The notes beneath the pieces were generated by a model. That model had not been told where the DNA came from and did not search any database. It was given only the letters and a program-made list of their open reading frames with translations. Positions 55,201-64,000 of a stretch of DNA of 64,000 nt are shown here, in pieces (position 1 is the first letter of the stretch; each line of letters opens with the position of its first letter). Source of the stretch: Escherichia coli. GTDB taxonomy: Bacteria > Pseudomonadota > Gammaproteobacteria > Enterobacterales > Enterobacteriaceae. The translations under genes were made by a program, and so were the position numbers. Location: the NCBI RefSeq assembly GCF_024700885.2, contig NZ_CP117016.1; one strand, 5' to 3'.

Positions 55201-57947
55201 TCGGTGATGACTCTCTGCTGTGGAACGCTACGGCGGGTGCATTCAGTGCCAAACACGGCACCAACGGTACTGACAGCAAAATCACCAACTTACTGGCAGG
55301 CACTGTATCCTCTGATAGCACTGACGCCATTAATGGCTCACAACTTTATGGCTTAGCTGATTCATTTACGTCATACCTTGGCGGTGGTGCTGATATCAGT
55401 GATGCGGGTGTATTAACCGGGCCAACCTACACTATTGGTGGTACTGACTACAATAACGTCGGTGATGCTCTGGCTGCCATTAACACGTCATTTAGCACAT
55501 CACTCGGTGATGCCCTACTCTGGGATGCGACCGCCAAGGGCGGTGACGGTGCGTTTAGCGCCGGTCGCGGAAAAGATAACACGGCCAGCATCATTACTAA
55601 TGTTGCAGACGGTGCAATTTCCTCTACCAGCAGCGACGCTATTAACGGCTCACAGCTCTATGACACCAGCAAGTACATTGCCGATACTCTGGGTGGTGAC
55701 GCAGAAGTCAATGCTGACGGCACAATCACCGCACCGACTTATGCCATCGCTGGCGGCAGTTACAGCAACGTCGGTGACGCGCTGGAAGCGATCGATACCA
55801 CGCTGGATGACGCTCTGTTGTGGGATGCAACAGCCAATGATGGCAATGGTGCATTTAGCGCCGCTCACGGAAAAGATAAAACAGCCAGTGTAATCACTAA
55901 CGTCGCTAACGGTGCAATCTCTGCCACCAGCAGCGATGCCATTAACGGTTCACAACTGTATACCACCAACAAGTACATTGCCGATGCCCTGGGTGGTGAC
56001 GCAGAAGTTAACGCTGATGGTTCTATTACTGCGCCGACTTACACCATTGCAAATGCCGAGTACAACAACGTCGGTGACGCCCTGGATGCGCTCGACGATA
56101 ACGCTCTGCTGTGGGATGCAACAGCCAATGACGGCGCAGGTGCCTACAACGCCAGCCATGACGGCAAGGCCAGCATCATCACAAATGTTGCTGATGGTAA
56201 CATTGGCGAAGGCAGCACTGACGCCATCAACGGTTCTCAGCTGTTTAACACCAATATGCTGATCCAGCAGAACAGCGAAATCATCAATCAGCTTGCCGGT
56301 AACACCAGCGAAACCTACATCGAAGATAACGGTGCGGGCATTAACTATGTACGTACCAACGACAACGGCTTAGCGTTCAACGATGCCAGCGCTTCAGGTA
56401 TTGGCGCTACGGCTGTGGGTTATAACGCTGTCGCCTCAGGCGAAAGCAGCGTAGCCATTGGTCAAGGTAGCAGCAGCTCCGTTGATACGGGTATCGCCCT
56501 GGGTAGCAGTTCCGTTTCCAGCCGTGTAATAGTTAAAGGTTCTCGTGACACCAGCGTGTCGGAAGAAGGTGTTGTGATTGGTTATGACACCACGGATGGC
56601 GAACTACTTGGTGCGTTGTCTATTGGTGATGACGGTAAATATCGTCAAATCATCAACGTAGCCGATGGTTCCGAAGCCCATGACGCCGTTACGGTTCGCC
56701 AGTTGCAAAATGCCATTGGTGCAGTCGCTACCACGCCGACCAAATACTTCCACGCTAACTCAACAGCTGAAGATTCACTGGCTGTCGGTGAAGACTCGCT
56801 GGCAATGGGTGCGAAAACCATTGTTAATGGTGATGCAGGGATCGGTATTGGCCTGAACACTCTGGTGTTAACTGATGCAATCAACGGTATTGCTATCGGT
56901 AGCAACGCGAGTGCAAATCATGCAAACAGTATTGCGATGGGTAGTGGTTCCCAGACCACCCGTGGTGCGCAGACTGACTACACCGCCTACAACATGGACG
57001 CGCCGCAGAATTCTGTCGGTGAATTCTCTGTCGGCAGCGAAGACGGTCAACGTCAGATCACCAACGTCGCGGCTGGTTCAGCGGATACCGATGCGGTTAA
57101 CGTAGGTCAGTTGAAAGTCACTGATGAGCGCGTAGCGCAAAATACCCAGAGCATTACTAACCTGAACAATCAGGTGACGAATCTGGATACTCGCGTTACC
57201 AATATCGAAAACGGCATTGGCGATATCGTAACCACCGGTAGCACCAAATACTTCAAGACCAACACCGATGGCGTAGATGCCAACGCGCAGGGTAAAGATA
57301 GTGTTGCGATTGGTTCTGGTTCCATTGCTGCCGCTGACAACAGCGTCGCGCTGGGTACCGGTTCCGTGGCCAACGAAGAAAACACCATCTCTGTGGGTTC
57401 TTCTACCAACCAGCGTCGTATCACCAACGTTGCTGCAGGTGTTAATGCCACCGATGCGGTTAACGTTTCGCAGCTGAAGTCTTCTGAGGCAGGCGGCGTT
57501 CGTTACGACACCAAAGCTGATGGTTCTATAGACTACAGCAACATCACTCTCGGTGGTGGTAATGGCGGTACGACTCGCATCAACAACGTCTCCGCTGGCG
57601 TCAACAACAACGACGCAGTGAACTATGCGCAGCTGAAGCAAAGCGTGCAGGAAACGAAGCAATATACCGATCAGCGGATGGTTGAGATGGATAACAAACT
57701 GTCCAAAACCGAAAGCAAGTTGAGCGGTGGTATCGCTTCTGCAATGGCAATGACCGGTCTGCCGCAGGCTTACACTCCAGGTGCCAGCATGGCCTCTATT
57801 GGTGGCGGTACTTACAATGGTGAATCGGCTGTTGCTTTAGGTGTGTCGATGGTGAGCGCCAATGGTCGTTGGGTCTACAAATTACAAGGTAGTACCAATA
57901 GCCAGGGTGAATACTCCGCCGCGCTCGGTGCCGGTATTCAGTGGTAA
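52218..57947 (+). CDS. upaG: Trimeric autotransporter adhesin (UpaG/EhaG-like)
   Basis: 1909 aa; extended signal peptide ([21 protein letters not shown]…); many head/neck repeats with INGSQL and NVAAG motifs; C-terminal YadA-type anchor ending …[13 protein letters not shown]. Symbol from recalled location beside lldP; exact allele not determinable. Confidence 0.85.
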   Translation: MNKIFKVIWNPATGSYSVASETAKSRGKKSGRSKLLISALVAGGLLSSFGASADNYTGQPTDYGDGSAGDGWVAIGKGSKANTFINTSGASTALGYDAIAEGEYSSAIGSKTLASGGASMAFGVSAKALGDRSVALGASSTATGDRSMALGRYAKTNGFTSLAVGDSSLADGEKTIALGNTAKAYEIMSIALGDNANASKEYSMALGASSAASAANAIAVGRNSAAAGVDSLALGRQSLASAANAITIGAESEAAENATAVGTKAKARGKNSLALGANSDSTGEGSVALGYTAAAAGASALALGQNAQASNTNTIALGQNSSASTANAIAIGTGSSAVGSNSLALGSSSSAGGNNSVAIGASSTADEDNVVSVGSGSAQRRIVNMAAGEISTDSKEAINGSQLYAISRSVADRLGGGADVASNGTIKGMSYKLKKRDFNNVGEALQYLDNETLHWDSAKGAFSASYIVKNADGTIASTVAENKIINVKDGDISATSKDAINGSQLKTTNDNVATNTTNITNLTDSVGDLKDDALLWNGTAFSAAHGTDATSKITNVKDGDLTAGSTDAVNGSQLKTTNDAVAANTTNIATNTTNITNLTDAVDSLGDDSLLWNATAGAFSAAHGTDATSKITNVKDGDLTAGSTDAVNGSQLKTTNDAVAANTTNIATNTTNITNLTDAVDSLGDDSLLWNDAAKAFSAAHGTDATSKITNVKDGDLTAGSTDAVNGSQLKTTNDAVTANTTNIATNTTNITNLTDAVDSLGDDSLLWNATAGAFSAAHGTDATSKITNVKDGDLTAGSTDAVNGSQLKTTNDAVAANTTNIATNTTNITNLTDAVDSLGDDSLLWNATAGAFSAAHGTDATSKITNVKDGDLTAGSTDAVNGSQLKTTNDNVATNTTNIATNTTNITNLTDAVDSLGDDSLLWNATAGAFSAAHCTDATSKITNVKDGDLTAGSTDAVNGSQLKTTNDNVATNTTNIATNTTNITNLTDAVDSLGDDSLLWNATAGAFSAKHGTNGTDSKITNLLAGTVSSDSTDAINGSQLYGLADSFTSYLGGGADISDAGVLTGPTYTIGGTDYNNVGDALAAINTSFSTSLGDALLWDATAKGGDGAFSAGRGKDNTASIITNVADGAISSTSSDAINGSQLYDTSKYIADTLGGDAEVNADGTITAPTYAIAGGSYSNVGDALEAIDTTLDDALLWDATANDGNGAFSAAHGKDKTASVITNVANGAISATSSDAINGSQLYTTNKYIADALGGDAEVNADGSITAPTYTIANAEYNNVGDALDALDDNALLWDATANDGAGAYNASHDGKASIITNVADGNIGEGSTDAINGSQLFNTNMLIQQNSEIINQLAGNTSETYIEDNGAGINYVRTNDNGLAFNDASASGIGATAVGYNAVASGESSVAIGQGSSSSVDTGIALGSSSVSSRVIVKGSRDTSVSEEGVVIGYDTTDGELLGALSIGDDGKYRQIINVADGSEAHDAVTVRQLQNAIGAVATTPTKYFHANSTAEDSLAVGEDSLAMGAKTIVNGDAGIGIGLNTLVLTDAINGIAIGSNASANHANSIAMGSGSQTTRGAQTDYTAYNMDAPQNSVGEFSVGSEDGQRQITNVAAGSADTDAVNVGQLKVTDERVAQNTQSITNLNNQVTNLDTRVTNIENGIGDIVTTGSTKYFKTNTDGVDANAQGKDSVAIGSGSIAAADNSVALGTGSVANEENTISVGSSTNQRRITNVAAGVNATDAVNVSQLKSSEAGGVRYDTKADGSIDYSNITLGGGNGGTTRINNVSAGVNNNDAVNYAQLKQSVQETKQYTDQRMVEMDNKLSKTESKLSGGIASAMAMTGLPQAYTPGASMASIGGGTYNGESAVALGVSMVSANGRWVYKLQGSTNSQGEYSAALGAGIQW
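53845..55260 (+). repeat. In-frame 234-bp tandem repeat array (about 6 units) inside the adhesin gene
   Basis: The 60-mer acgtcaaagacggtgacctgacggctggcagcactgacgcggt(a/t)aacggctctcagctca recurs at 53881, 54115, 54349, 54583, 54817 and 55051, a spacing of exactly 234 bp; each unit encodes a 78-aa repeat. Confidence 0.9.
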
Positions 57948-58244
57948 TGATCCATTAACTTAGTGTGACTAAGGGCAATTCTCTGATGAGGATTGCCCTT
58001 TTCTTTACCAGACATCTCCCTCCACCAAGAATTGGCCCTACCAATTCTTCGCTTATCTGACCTCTGGTTCACAATTCCCCAATTAAAACTCACATCAATG
58101 TTGCCAATGCATAACATTTAGTTAACCATTCATTGTCATTATCCCTACACAACACAATTGGCAGTACCACTTTTACACAACGTGTGACAAGGAGATGAGC
58201 ATCAGACTCATTACACGATGTGCGTGGACTCCAGGAGACCTGCA

Positions 58245-59900
58245 ATGAATCTCTGGCAACAAAACTACGATCCCGCCGGGAATATCTGGCTTTCCAGTCT
58301 GATAGCATCGCTTCCCATCCTGTTTTTCTTCTTTGCGCTGATTAAGCTCAAACTCAAAGGTTATGTCGCCGCCTCATGGACGGTGGCAATCGCCCTTGCC
58401 GTGGCTTTGCTGTTCTATAAAATGCCGGTCGCTAACGCGCTGGCCTCGGTGATTTATGGCTTCTTCTACGGTTTGTGGCCCATCGCGTGGATCATTATTG
58501 CAGCGGTGTTCGTCTATAAGATCTCGGTGAAAACCGGGCAGTTTGACATCATCCGCTCGTCTATTCTTTCGATAACCCCTGACCAGCGCCTGCAAATGCT
58601 GATCGTCGGTTTCTGTTTCGGCGCTTTCCTTGAAGGAGCCGCAGGCTTTGGCGCACCGGTAGCAATTACCGCCGCATTGCTGGTCGGCCTGGGCTTTAAA
58701 CCGCTGTACGCCGCCGGGCTGTGCCTGATTGTTAACACCGCGCCAGTGGCATTTGGCGCGATGGGTATTCCGATTCTGGTCGCCGGGCAGGTAACAGGCA
58801 TCGACAGCTTTGAGATTGGTCAGATGGTGGGGCGTCAGCTGCCGTTTATGACCATTATCGTGCTGTTCTGGATCATGGCGATTATGGACGGTTGGCGCGG
58901 TATCAAAGAGACGTGGCCTGCGGTCGTGGTTGCAGGTGGTTCGTTTGCCATTGCTCAATACCTCAGCTCTAACTTCATTGGGCCGGAACTGCCAGACATT
59001 ATCTCTTCGCTGGTATCACTGCTCTGCCTGACGCTGTTCCTCAAACGCTGGCAACCAGTGCGCGTATTCCGCTTCGGTGACTTGGGGGCGTCACAGGTTG
59101 ATATGACGCTGGCTCACACCGGTTACACCGCAGGTCAGGTGCTTCGCGCCTGGACACCGTTCCTGTTCCTGACCGCCACCGTAACGCTGTGGAGTATTCC
59201 ACCGTTTAAAGCCCTGTTCGCTTCGGGTGGTGCGCTGTATGAATGGGTGATCAATATTCCGGTGCCGTACCTCGATAAACTGGTTGCCCGTATGCCGCCA
59301 GTGGTCAGCGAAGCGACAGCGTATGCCGCCGTGTTTAAGTTCGACTGGTTCTCTGCCACCGGTACCGCCATTCTTTTTGCTGCCCTGCTCTCGATTGTCT
59401 GGCTGAAGATGAAACCATCTGACGCTATCAGCACCTTCGGCAGCACGCTGAAAGAACTGGCTCTGCCTATCTACTCCATCGGTATGGTGCTGGCGTTCGC
59501 TTTTATCTCGAACTATTCCGGACTGTCATCAACGCTGGCGCTGGCACTGGCGCACACCGGCCATGCATTCACCTTCTTCTCGCCGTTCCTCGGCTGGCTT
59601 GGTGTCTTCCTGACCGGATCGGATACCTCATCTAACGCCCTGTTCGCCGCCCTGCAAGCCACTGCAGCACAACAAATTGGCGTTTCTGACCTATTGTTGG
59701 TTGCCGCCAACACCACCGGTGGTGTCACCGGTAAGATGATCTCTCCGCAATCTATCGCTATCGCCTGTGCGGCGGTAGGCCTGGTAGGCAAAGAGTCAGA
59801 TCTGTTCCGCTTTACCGTCAAACACAGCCTGATCTTCACCTGTATGGTGGGCGTGATCACCACGCTTCAGGCTTATGTCTTAACGTGGATGATTCCTTAA
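58245..59900 (+). CDS. lldP: L-lactate permease
   Basis: 551 aa from [18 protein letters not shown]…; polytopic membrane protein. Confidence 0.93.
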   Translation: MNLWQQNYDPAGNIWLSSLIASLPILFFFFALIKLKLKGYVAASWTVAIALAVALLFYKMPVANALASVIYGFFYGLWPIAWIIIAAVFVYKISVKTGQFDIIRSSILSITPDQRLQMLIVGFCFGAFLEGAAGFGAPVAITAALLVGLGFKPLYAAGLCLIVNTAPVAFGAMGIPILVAGQVTGIDSFEIGQMVGRQLPFMTIIVLFWIMAIMDGWRGIKETWPAVVVAGGSFAIAQYLSSNFIGPELPDIISSLVSLLCLTLFLKRWQPVRVFRFGDLGASQVDMTLAHTGYTAGQVLRAWTPFLFLTATVTLWSIPPFKALFASGGALYEWVINIPVPYLDKLVARMPPVVSEATAYAAVFKFDWFSATGTAILFAALLSIVWLKMKPSDAISTFGSTLKELALPIYSIGMVLAFAFISNYSGLSSTLALALAHTGHAFTFFSPFLGWLGVFLTGSDTSSNALFAALQATAAQQIGVSDLLLVAANTTGGVTGKMISPQSIAIACAAVGLVGKESDLFRFTVKHSLIFTCMVGVITTLQAYVLTWMIP

Positions 59901-60676
59901 TGATTGTTTTACCCAGACGCCTGTCAGACGAGGTTGCCGATCGTGTGCGGGCGCTGATTGATGAAAAAAACCTGGAGGCGGGCATGAAGTTGCCCGCTGA
60001 ACGTCAACTGGCGATGCAACTCGGCGTATCGCGTAATTCACTGCGCGAGGCGCTGGCAAAACTGGTGAGCGAAGGCGTGCTGCTTAGTCGACGCGGCGGC
60101 GGGACGTTTATTCGCTGGCGTCATGACACATGGTCGGAGCAAAACATCGTCCAGCCGCTGAAAACGCTGATGGCCGATGATCCGGATTACAGTTTCGATA
60201 TTCTGGAAGCCCGCTACGCCATTGAAGCCAGCACCGCGTGGCATGCGGCAATGCGCGCCACACCAGGCGAAAAAGAGAAAATTCAGCTTTGCTTTGAAGC
60301 AACGCTAAGTGAAGACCCGGATCTCGCCTCACAAGCGGACGTTCGTTTTCATCTGGCGATTGCCGAAGCCTCACATAACATCGTGCTGCTGCAAACCATG
60401 CGCGGTTTCTTCGATGTCCTGCAATCCTCTGTGAAGCATAGCCGCCAGCGGATGTATCTGGTACCCCCGGTTTTTTCACAGCTGACCGAACAACATCAGG
60501 CAGTCATTGACGCCATTTTTGCCGGTGATGCTGACGGGGCGCGTAAAGCAATGATGGCGCACCTTAGCTTTGTTCACACCACCATGAAACGATTCGATGA
60601 AGATCAAGCTCGCCATGCACGCATTACCCGCCTGCCTGGTGACCATAATGAGCATTCGAGGGAGAAAAACGCATGA
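59900..60676 (+). CDS. lldR: GntR/FadR-family L-lactate regulator
   Basis: 258 aa from [17 protein letters not shown]…; ATG overlaps the lldP stop by 1 nt; N-terminal GntR HTH. Confidence 0.88.
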   Translation: MIVLPRRLSDEVADRVRALIDEKNLEAGMKLPAERQLAMQLGVSRNSLREALAKLVSEGVLLSRRGGGTFIRWRHDTWSEQNIVQPLKTLMADDPDYSFDILEARYAIEASTAWHAAMRATPGEKEKIQLCFEATLSEDPDLASQADVRFHLAIAEASHNIVLLQTMRGFFDVLQSSVKHSRQRMYLVPPVFSQLTEQHQAVIDAIFAGDADGARKAMMAHLSFVHTTMKRFDEDQARHARITRLPGDHNEHSREKNA

Positions 60677-61863
60677 TTATTTCCGCAGCCAGCGATTATC
60701 GCGCCGCAGCACAACGCATTCTGCCGCCGTTCCTGTTCCACTATATGGATGGGGGTGCATATTCTGAATACACGCTGCGCCGCAACGTGGATGATTTGTC
60801 AGAAGTGGCGCTGCGCCAGCGTATTCTGAAAAACATGTCTGACTTAAGCCTGGAAACGACGCTGTTTAATGAGAAATTGTCGATGCCGGTGGCGCTGGCT
60901 CCGGTGGGTTTGTGTGGCATGTATGCGCGTCGTGGCGAAGTTCAGGCTGCCAAAGCGGCGGATGCGCATGGTATTCCGTTTACTCTCTCGACGGTTTCCG
61001 TTTGCCCGATTGAAGAAGTCGCTCCAGCTATCAAACGTCCGATGTGGTTCCAGCTTTATGTGCTGCGCGATCGCGGCTTTATGCGTAACGCGCTGGAGCG
61101 AGCAAAAGCAGCGGGTTGTTCGACGCTGGTTTTCACCGTGGATATGCCGACACCGGGCGCACGTTACCGTGATGCACATTCTGGGATGAGCGGCCCGAAC
61201 GCGGCAATGCGCCGCTATTTGCAGGCGGTGACGCATCCGCAATGGGCGTGGGATGTGGGCCTGAACGGTCGTCCACATGATTTAGGTAATATTTCGGCTT
61301 ACCTCGGCAAACCGACCGGACTGGAAGATTACATCGGCTGGCTGGGGAATAACTTCGATCCGTCCATCTCATGGAAAGACCTTGAGTGGATCCGCGATTT
61401 CTGGGATGGCCCGATGGTGATCAAAGGGATCCTCGATCCGGAAGATGCGCGCGATGCAGTACGTTTTGGTGCTGATGGGATTGTGGTTTCTAACCACGGT
61501 GGCCGCCAGCTGGACGGTGTACTCTCTTCCGCTCGTGCATTGCCCGCTATTGCGGATGCGGTGAAAGGTGATATTGCCATTCTGGCAGATAGCGGGATTC
61601 GTAACGGGCTTGATGTCGTGCGTATGATTGCGCTCGGTGCCGACACCGTACTGCTGGGTCGTGCTTTCCTGTATGCGCTGGCAACAGCGGGCCAGGCGGG
61701 CGTGGCAAATCTGCTTAATCTAATCGAAAAAGAGATGAAAGTGGCAATGACGCTGACTGGCGCGAAATCGATTAGCGAAATTACGCAAGATTCGCTGGTG
61801 CAGGGGCTGGGTAAAGAATTGCCTGCGGCACTAGCTCCGATGGCGAAAGGGAATGCAGCTTAA
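60673..61863 (+). CDS. lldD: FMN-dependent L-lactate dehydrogenase
   Basis: 396 aa; alpha-hydroxy-acid oxidase family (…SNHGGRQLD…). Confidence 0.95.
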   Translation: MIISAASDYRAAAQRILPPFLFHYMDGGAYSEYTLRRNVDDLSEVALRQRILKNMSDLSLETTLFNEKLSMPVALAPVGLCGMYARRGEVQAAKAADAHGIPFTLSTVSVCPIEEVAPAIKRPMWFQLYVLRDRGFMRNALERAKAAGCSTLVFTVDMPTPGARYRDAHSGMSGPNAAMRRYLQAVTHPQWAWDVGLNGRPHDLGNISAYLGKPTGLEDYIGWLGNNFDPSISWKDLEWIRDFWDGPMVIKGILDPEDARDAVRFGADGIVVSNHGGRQLDGVLSSARALPAIADAVKGDIAILADSGIRNGLDVVRMIALGADTVLLGRAFLYALATAGQAGVANLLNLIEKEMKVAMTLTGAKSISEITQDSLVQGLGKELPAALAPMAKGNAA

Positions 61864-61886
61864 GGGTTAGACGAATATCTGCTATC

Positions 61887-61909
61887 CTGCCCCCGCACTA
61901 AGGGGGCAG
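61887..61909 (+). terminator. GC hairpin between lldD and trmL, overlapping the trmL ribosome-binding region
   Basis: ctgccccc-gcactaa-gggggcag ends 2 nt before the trmL ATG. Confidence 0.35.
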
Positions 61910-61910
61910 T

Positions 61911-62384
61911 ATGCTAAACATCGTACTTTACGAACCAGAAATTCCGCCAAATACTGGCAACATCATCCGTCTTTGCGCTAATACCGGCTTTCGTCTGCAT
62001 ATCATCGAACCAATGGGATTTGCCTGGGACGATAAGCGCCTGCGCCGCGCGGGGCTGGACTATCACGAGTTTACCGCCGTTACGCGTCATCATGACTATC
62101 GCGCGTTCCTCGAAGCAGAAAATCCCCAGCGCCTGTTTGCCCTCACCACGAAAGGTACGCCTGCTCACAGCGCCGTAAGCTATCAGGATGGCGATTATCT
62201 GATGTTCGGCCCGGAAACACGCGGCCTGCCAGCAAGCATTCTTGATGCCCTGCCCGCTGAACAAAAAATTCGCATTCCAATGGTGCCGGACAGCCGCAGC
62301 ATGAACCTGTCCAATGCGGTGTCGGTCGTGGTGTATGAAGCCTGGCGGCAGCTGGGATATCCGGGAGCGGTGTTGAGAGATTAG
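61911..62384 (+). CDS. trmL: tRNA (cytidine/uridine-2'-O)-methyltransferase (SpoU/TrmL)
   Basis: 157 aa; SPOUT methyltransferase motifs (…[11 protein letters not shown]…); position. Confidence 0.9.
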   Translation: MLNIVLYEPEIPPNTGNIIRLCANTGFRLHIIEPMGFAWDDKRLRRAGLDYHEFTAVTRHHDYRAFLEAENPQRLFALTTKGTPAHSAVSYQDGDYLMFGPETRGLPASILDALPAEQKIRIPMVPDSRSMNLSNAVSVVVYEAWRQLGYPGAVLRD

Positions 62385-62391
62385 TTACTGT

Positions 62392-62423
62392 ATGCCGGAT
62401 AGATGATTACATCGCATCCGGCA
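62392..62423. repeat. REP-type palindrome between convergent trmL and cysE
   Basis: tgccggat…atccggca inverted repeat. Confidence 0.5.
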
Positions 62424-62436
62424 CAATCACAGGACG

Positions 62437-63258
62437 TCAGATCCCATCCCCATATTCAAACGTATGGTTAATACCGTTGAAATGCTGATCCATATCCATT
62501 GACGGTTTATCGCTATCCGGCTTGCCGACAATGCGTGCCGGAACGCCAGCGGCGGTGGTATGCGGCGGCACCGGTTGCAGCACCACGGAACCTGCGCCAA
62601 TCTTCGCGCCGCGCCCAACTTCAATATTGCCGAGGATTTTCGCGCCCGCGCCAATCATCACACCTTCACGAATTTTCGGATGACGGTCGCCACCAGATTT
62701 ACCCGTACCGCCAAGCGTCACAGATTGCAGAATCGATACGTCGTTTTCAATCACCGCCGTTTCACCGACGACGATGCCCGTCGCATGGTCAAGCATGATA
62801 CCGCGGCCAATTTTTGCTGCCGGGTGAATATCAACCTGGAACGTCACAGAAACCTGGTTTTGCAGAAAGATTGCCAGTGCGCGGCGGCCCTGATTCCACA
62901 GCCAGTGACCGATACGATAGGCCTGCAAGGCATGAAAACCTTTCAGATATAACAATGGCGTCGAATATTTATCGACTGCCGGGTCGCGGGTACGCACCGC
63001 CTGAATATCACAGGCCGCAGAGGCGATCATTTCCGGGTCGGCGGCGTAGGCTTCTTCCACCACTTCGCGGATAGCAATGGCAGGCATAATTGGCGATGAC
63101 AGCTTGTTCGCCAGCATGTAGCTCAGTGCACTGCCCAGGTTTTCGTGCTTGAGTAGCGTCGCGTGGTAAAAACTGGCCAGCATTGGCTCACAGTCCGCCA
63201 GGGTTCTGGCTTCAGCTTTAATATTGTTCCAGACAATTTCCAGTTCTTCACACGACAT
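62437..63258 (-). CDS. cysE: Serine O-acetyltransferase
   Basis: 273 aa; left-handed beta-helix hexapeptide repeats near the C-terminus; N-terminus MSCEELEIVWNNIKAEAR. Confidence 0.95.
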   Translation of the reverse strand: MSCEELEIVWNNIKAEARTLADCEPMLASFYHATLLKHENLGSALSYMLANKLSSPIMPAIAIREVVEEAYAADPEMIASAACDIQAVRTRDPAVDKYSTPLLYLKGFHALQAYRIGHWLWNQGRRALAIFLQNQVSVTFQVDIHPAAKIGRGIMLDHATGIVVGETAVIENDVSILQSVTLGGTGKSGGDRHPKIREGVMIGAGAKILGNIEVGRGAKIGAGSVVLQPVPPHTTAAGVPARIVGKPDSDKPSMDMDQHFNGINHTFEYGDGI

Positions 63259-63336
63259 TGCTTACTCCACACGATGAGATAATGACCGGCCCGTTCTGCG
63301 CGGGCCGGGTCATAGCGGTAACAAAGTTCCCTGGGA

Positions 63337-64000
63337 TTAGTGGCTGCTGCGCTCGTCCTTGCGTGCACGACCTAATAACGTCAATGCTGCCTCGCGCGCG
63401 TTTTTTCCGCAATATAATACTTGATAAATTTCCTCGGTTATTGGCATTTCAACGCCGAAGCGATGCGCCAGTTCGCGGACTTCTTTCGTATTGCGGTAGC
63501 CTTCAACCACCTGACCAATCTTCTCCTGCGCGCTTTGTACATCCATGCCCTGACCGAGCATCATGCCAAAACGGCGGTTACGCGACTGGTTGTCGGTACA
63601 GGTCAGCACCAAATCGCCCAGCCCCGCCATGCCCATAAAGGTGGCAGGATCGGCCCCCAGCGCCGCACCAAGACGCGACATTTCAGCCAGCCCACGGGTG
63701 ATCAGCGCCGTACGCGCATTCGCACCAAAACCGATACCGTCGGACATCCCCGCGCCAATGGCGATGACGTTTTTCACCGCGCCGCCAAGCTGCACGCCAA
63801 TGAAATCCGGGTTGCTGTAAACGCGGAAACTTTTGCCGCAGTGCAGCAGCTGCTGGAGATCATCGGCAAAGGTCTGGTCGGTCGAGGCCAGCGAAATAGC
63901 CGTCGGTAAACCTGCCGCCAGTTCTTTCGCAAACGTTGGGCCAGAGATAACCGCCAGCGGAATTTGATCGCCTAACGCCTCACGCGCCACGTCCTGCAAC
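63337..64000 (-). CDS. gpsA: NAD(P)H-dependent glycerol-3-phosphate dehydrogenase, C-terminal part (gene continues beyond window end)
   Basis: Minus-strand ORF open to the window edge; stop at 63337; C-terminal GpsA sequence (…[52 protein letters not shown]). Confidence 0.9.
   Translation of the reverse strand, partial: LQDVAREALGDQIPLAVISGPTFAKELAAGLPTAISLASTDQTFADDLQQLLHCGKSFRVYSNPDFIGVQLGGAVKNVIAIGAGMSDGIGFGANARTALITRGLAEMSRLGAALGADPATFMGMAGLGDLVLTCTDNQSRNRRFGMMLGQGMDVQSAQEKIGQVVEGYRNTKEVRELAHRFGVEMPITEEIYQVLYCGKNAREAALTLLGRARKDERSSH

Noticed and set aside
53586-55330. Series of minus-strand ORFs (71-283 aa) at 234-bp spacing inside the adhesin gene
   Set aside because: They are reflections of the plus-strand tandem repeats and recur only because the repeat units are near-identical; not independent genes and not a CRISPR array (the units are coding, contiguous and lack spacers).

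Overview
The window reads as an Escherichia coli-type chromosomal segment, syntenic (from memory) with the K-12 xylA-to-gpsA interval, with three strain-variable accessory insertions. Conserved backbone genes, in order: xylA (partial), xylFGH, xylR, bax, malS, avtA, ysaA, yiaJ, yiaKLMNO-lyxK-sgbHUE, aldB, yiaY, selB, selA, yibF, rhsA, yibA, yibJ, yibG, yibHI, mtlADR, yibT, yibL, lldPRD, trmL, cysE and gpsA (partial). Accessory region 1 (about 20.4-27.1 kb) lies between sgbE and aldB, where I recall K-12 having yiaT-yiaW: it carries an AraC-family regulator, a GPH-family symporter and a GH127-like glycosidase, then a hicAB-like toxin-antitoxin pair and an AT-rich gene for a 359-aa protein with an HsdR-N-type PD-(D/E)xK nuclease motif. 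That orphan nuclease gene is my best candidate for an undescribed defence determinant. Accessory region 2 (about 38.1-43.7 kb) is the rhsA tail: a divergent C-terminal toxin domain with an overlapping putative immunity gene, two degraded Rhs core remnants, small immunity-like ORFs (one frameshifted at an A9 tract), a pentapeptide-repeat protein, and the yibJ orphan toxin fragment. Accessory region 3 (about 51.0-58.0 kb) lies between yibL and lldP and carries a lipoprotein gene plus a 1909-aa UpaG/EhaG-like trimeric autotransporter adhesin with about six near-identical 234-bp tandem repeats. No rRNA, tRNA, CRISPR array, integrase or transposase was recognised. All calls come from reading the sequence and the supplied ORF translations; no database search was run, and comparisons with K-12 are from memory.
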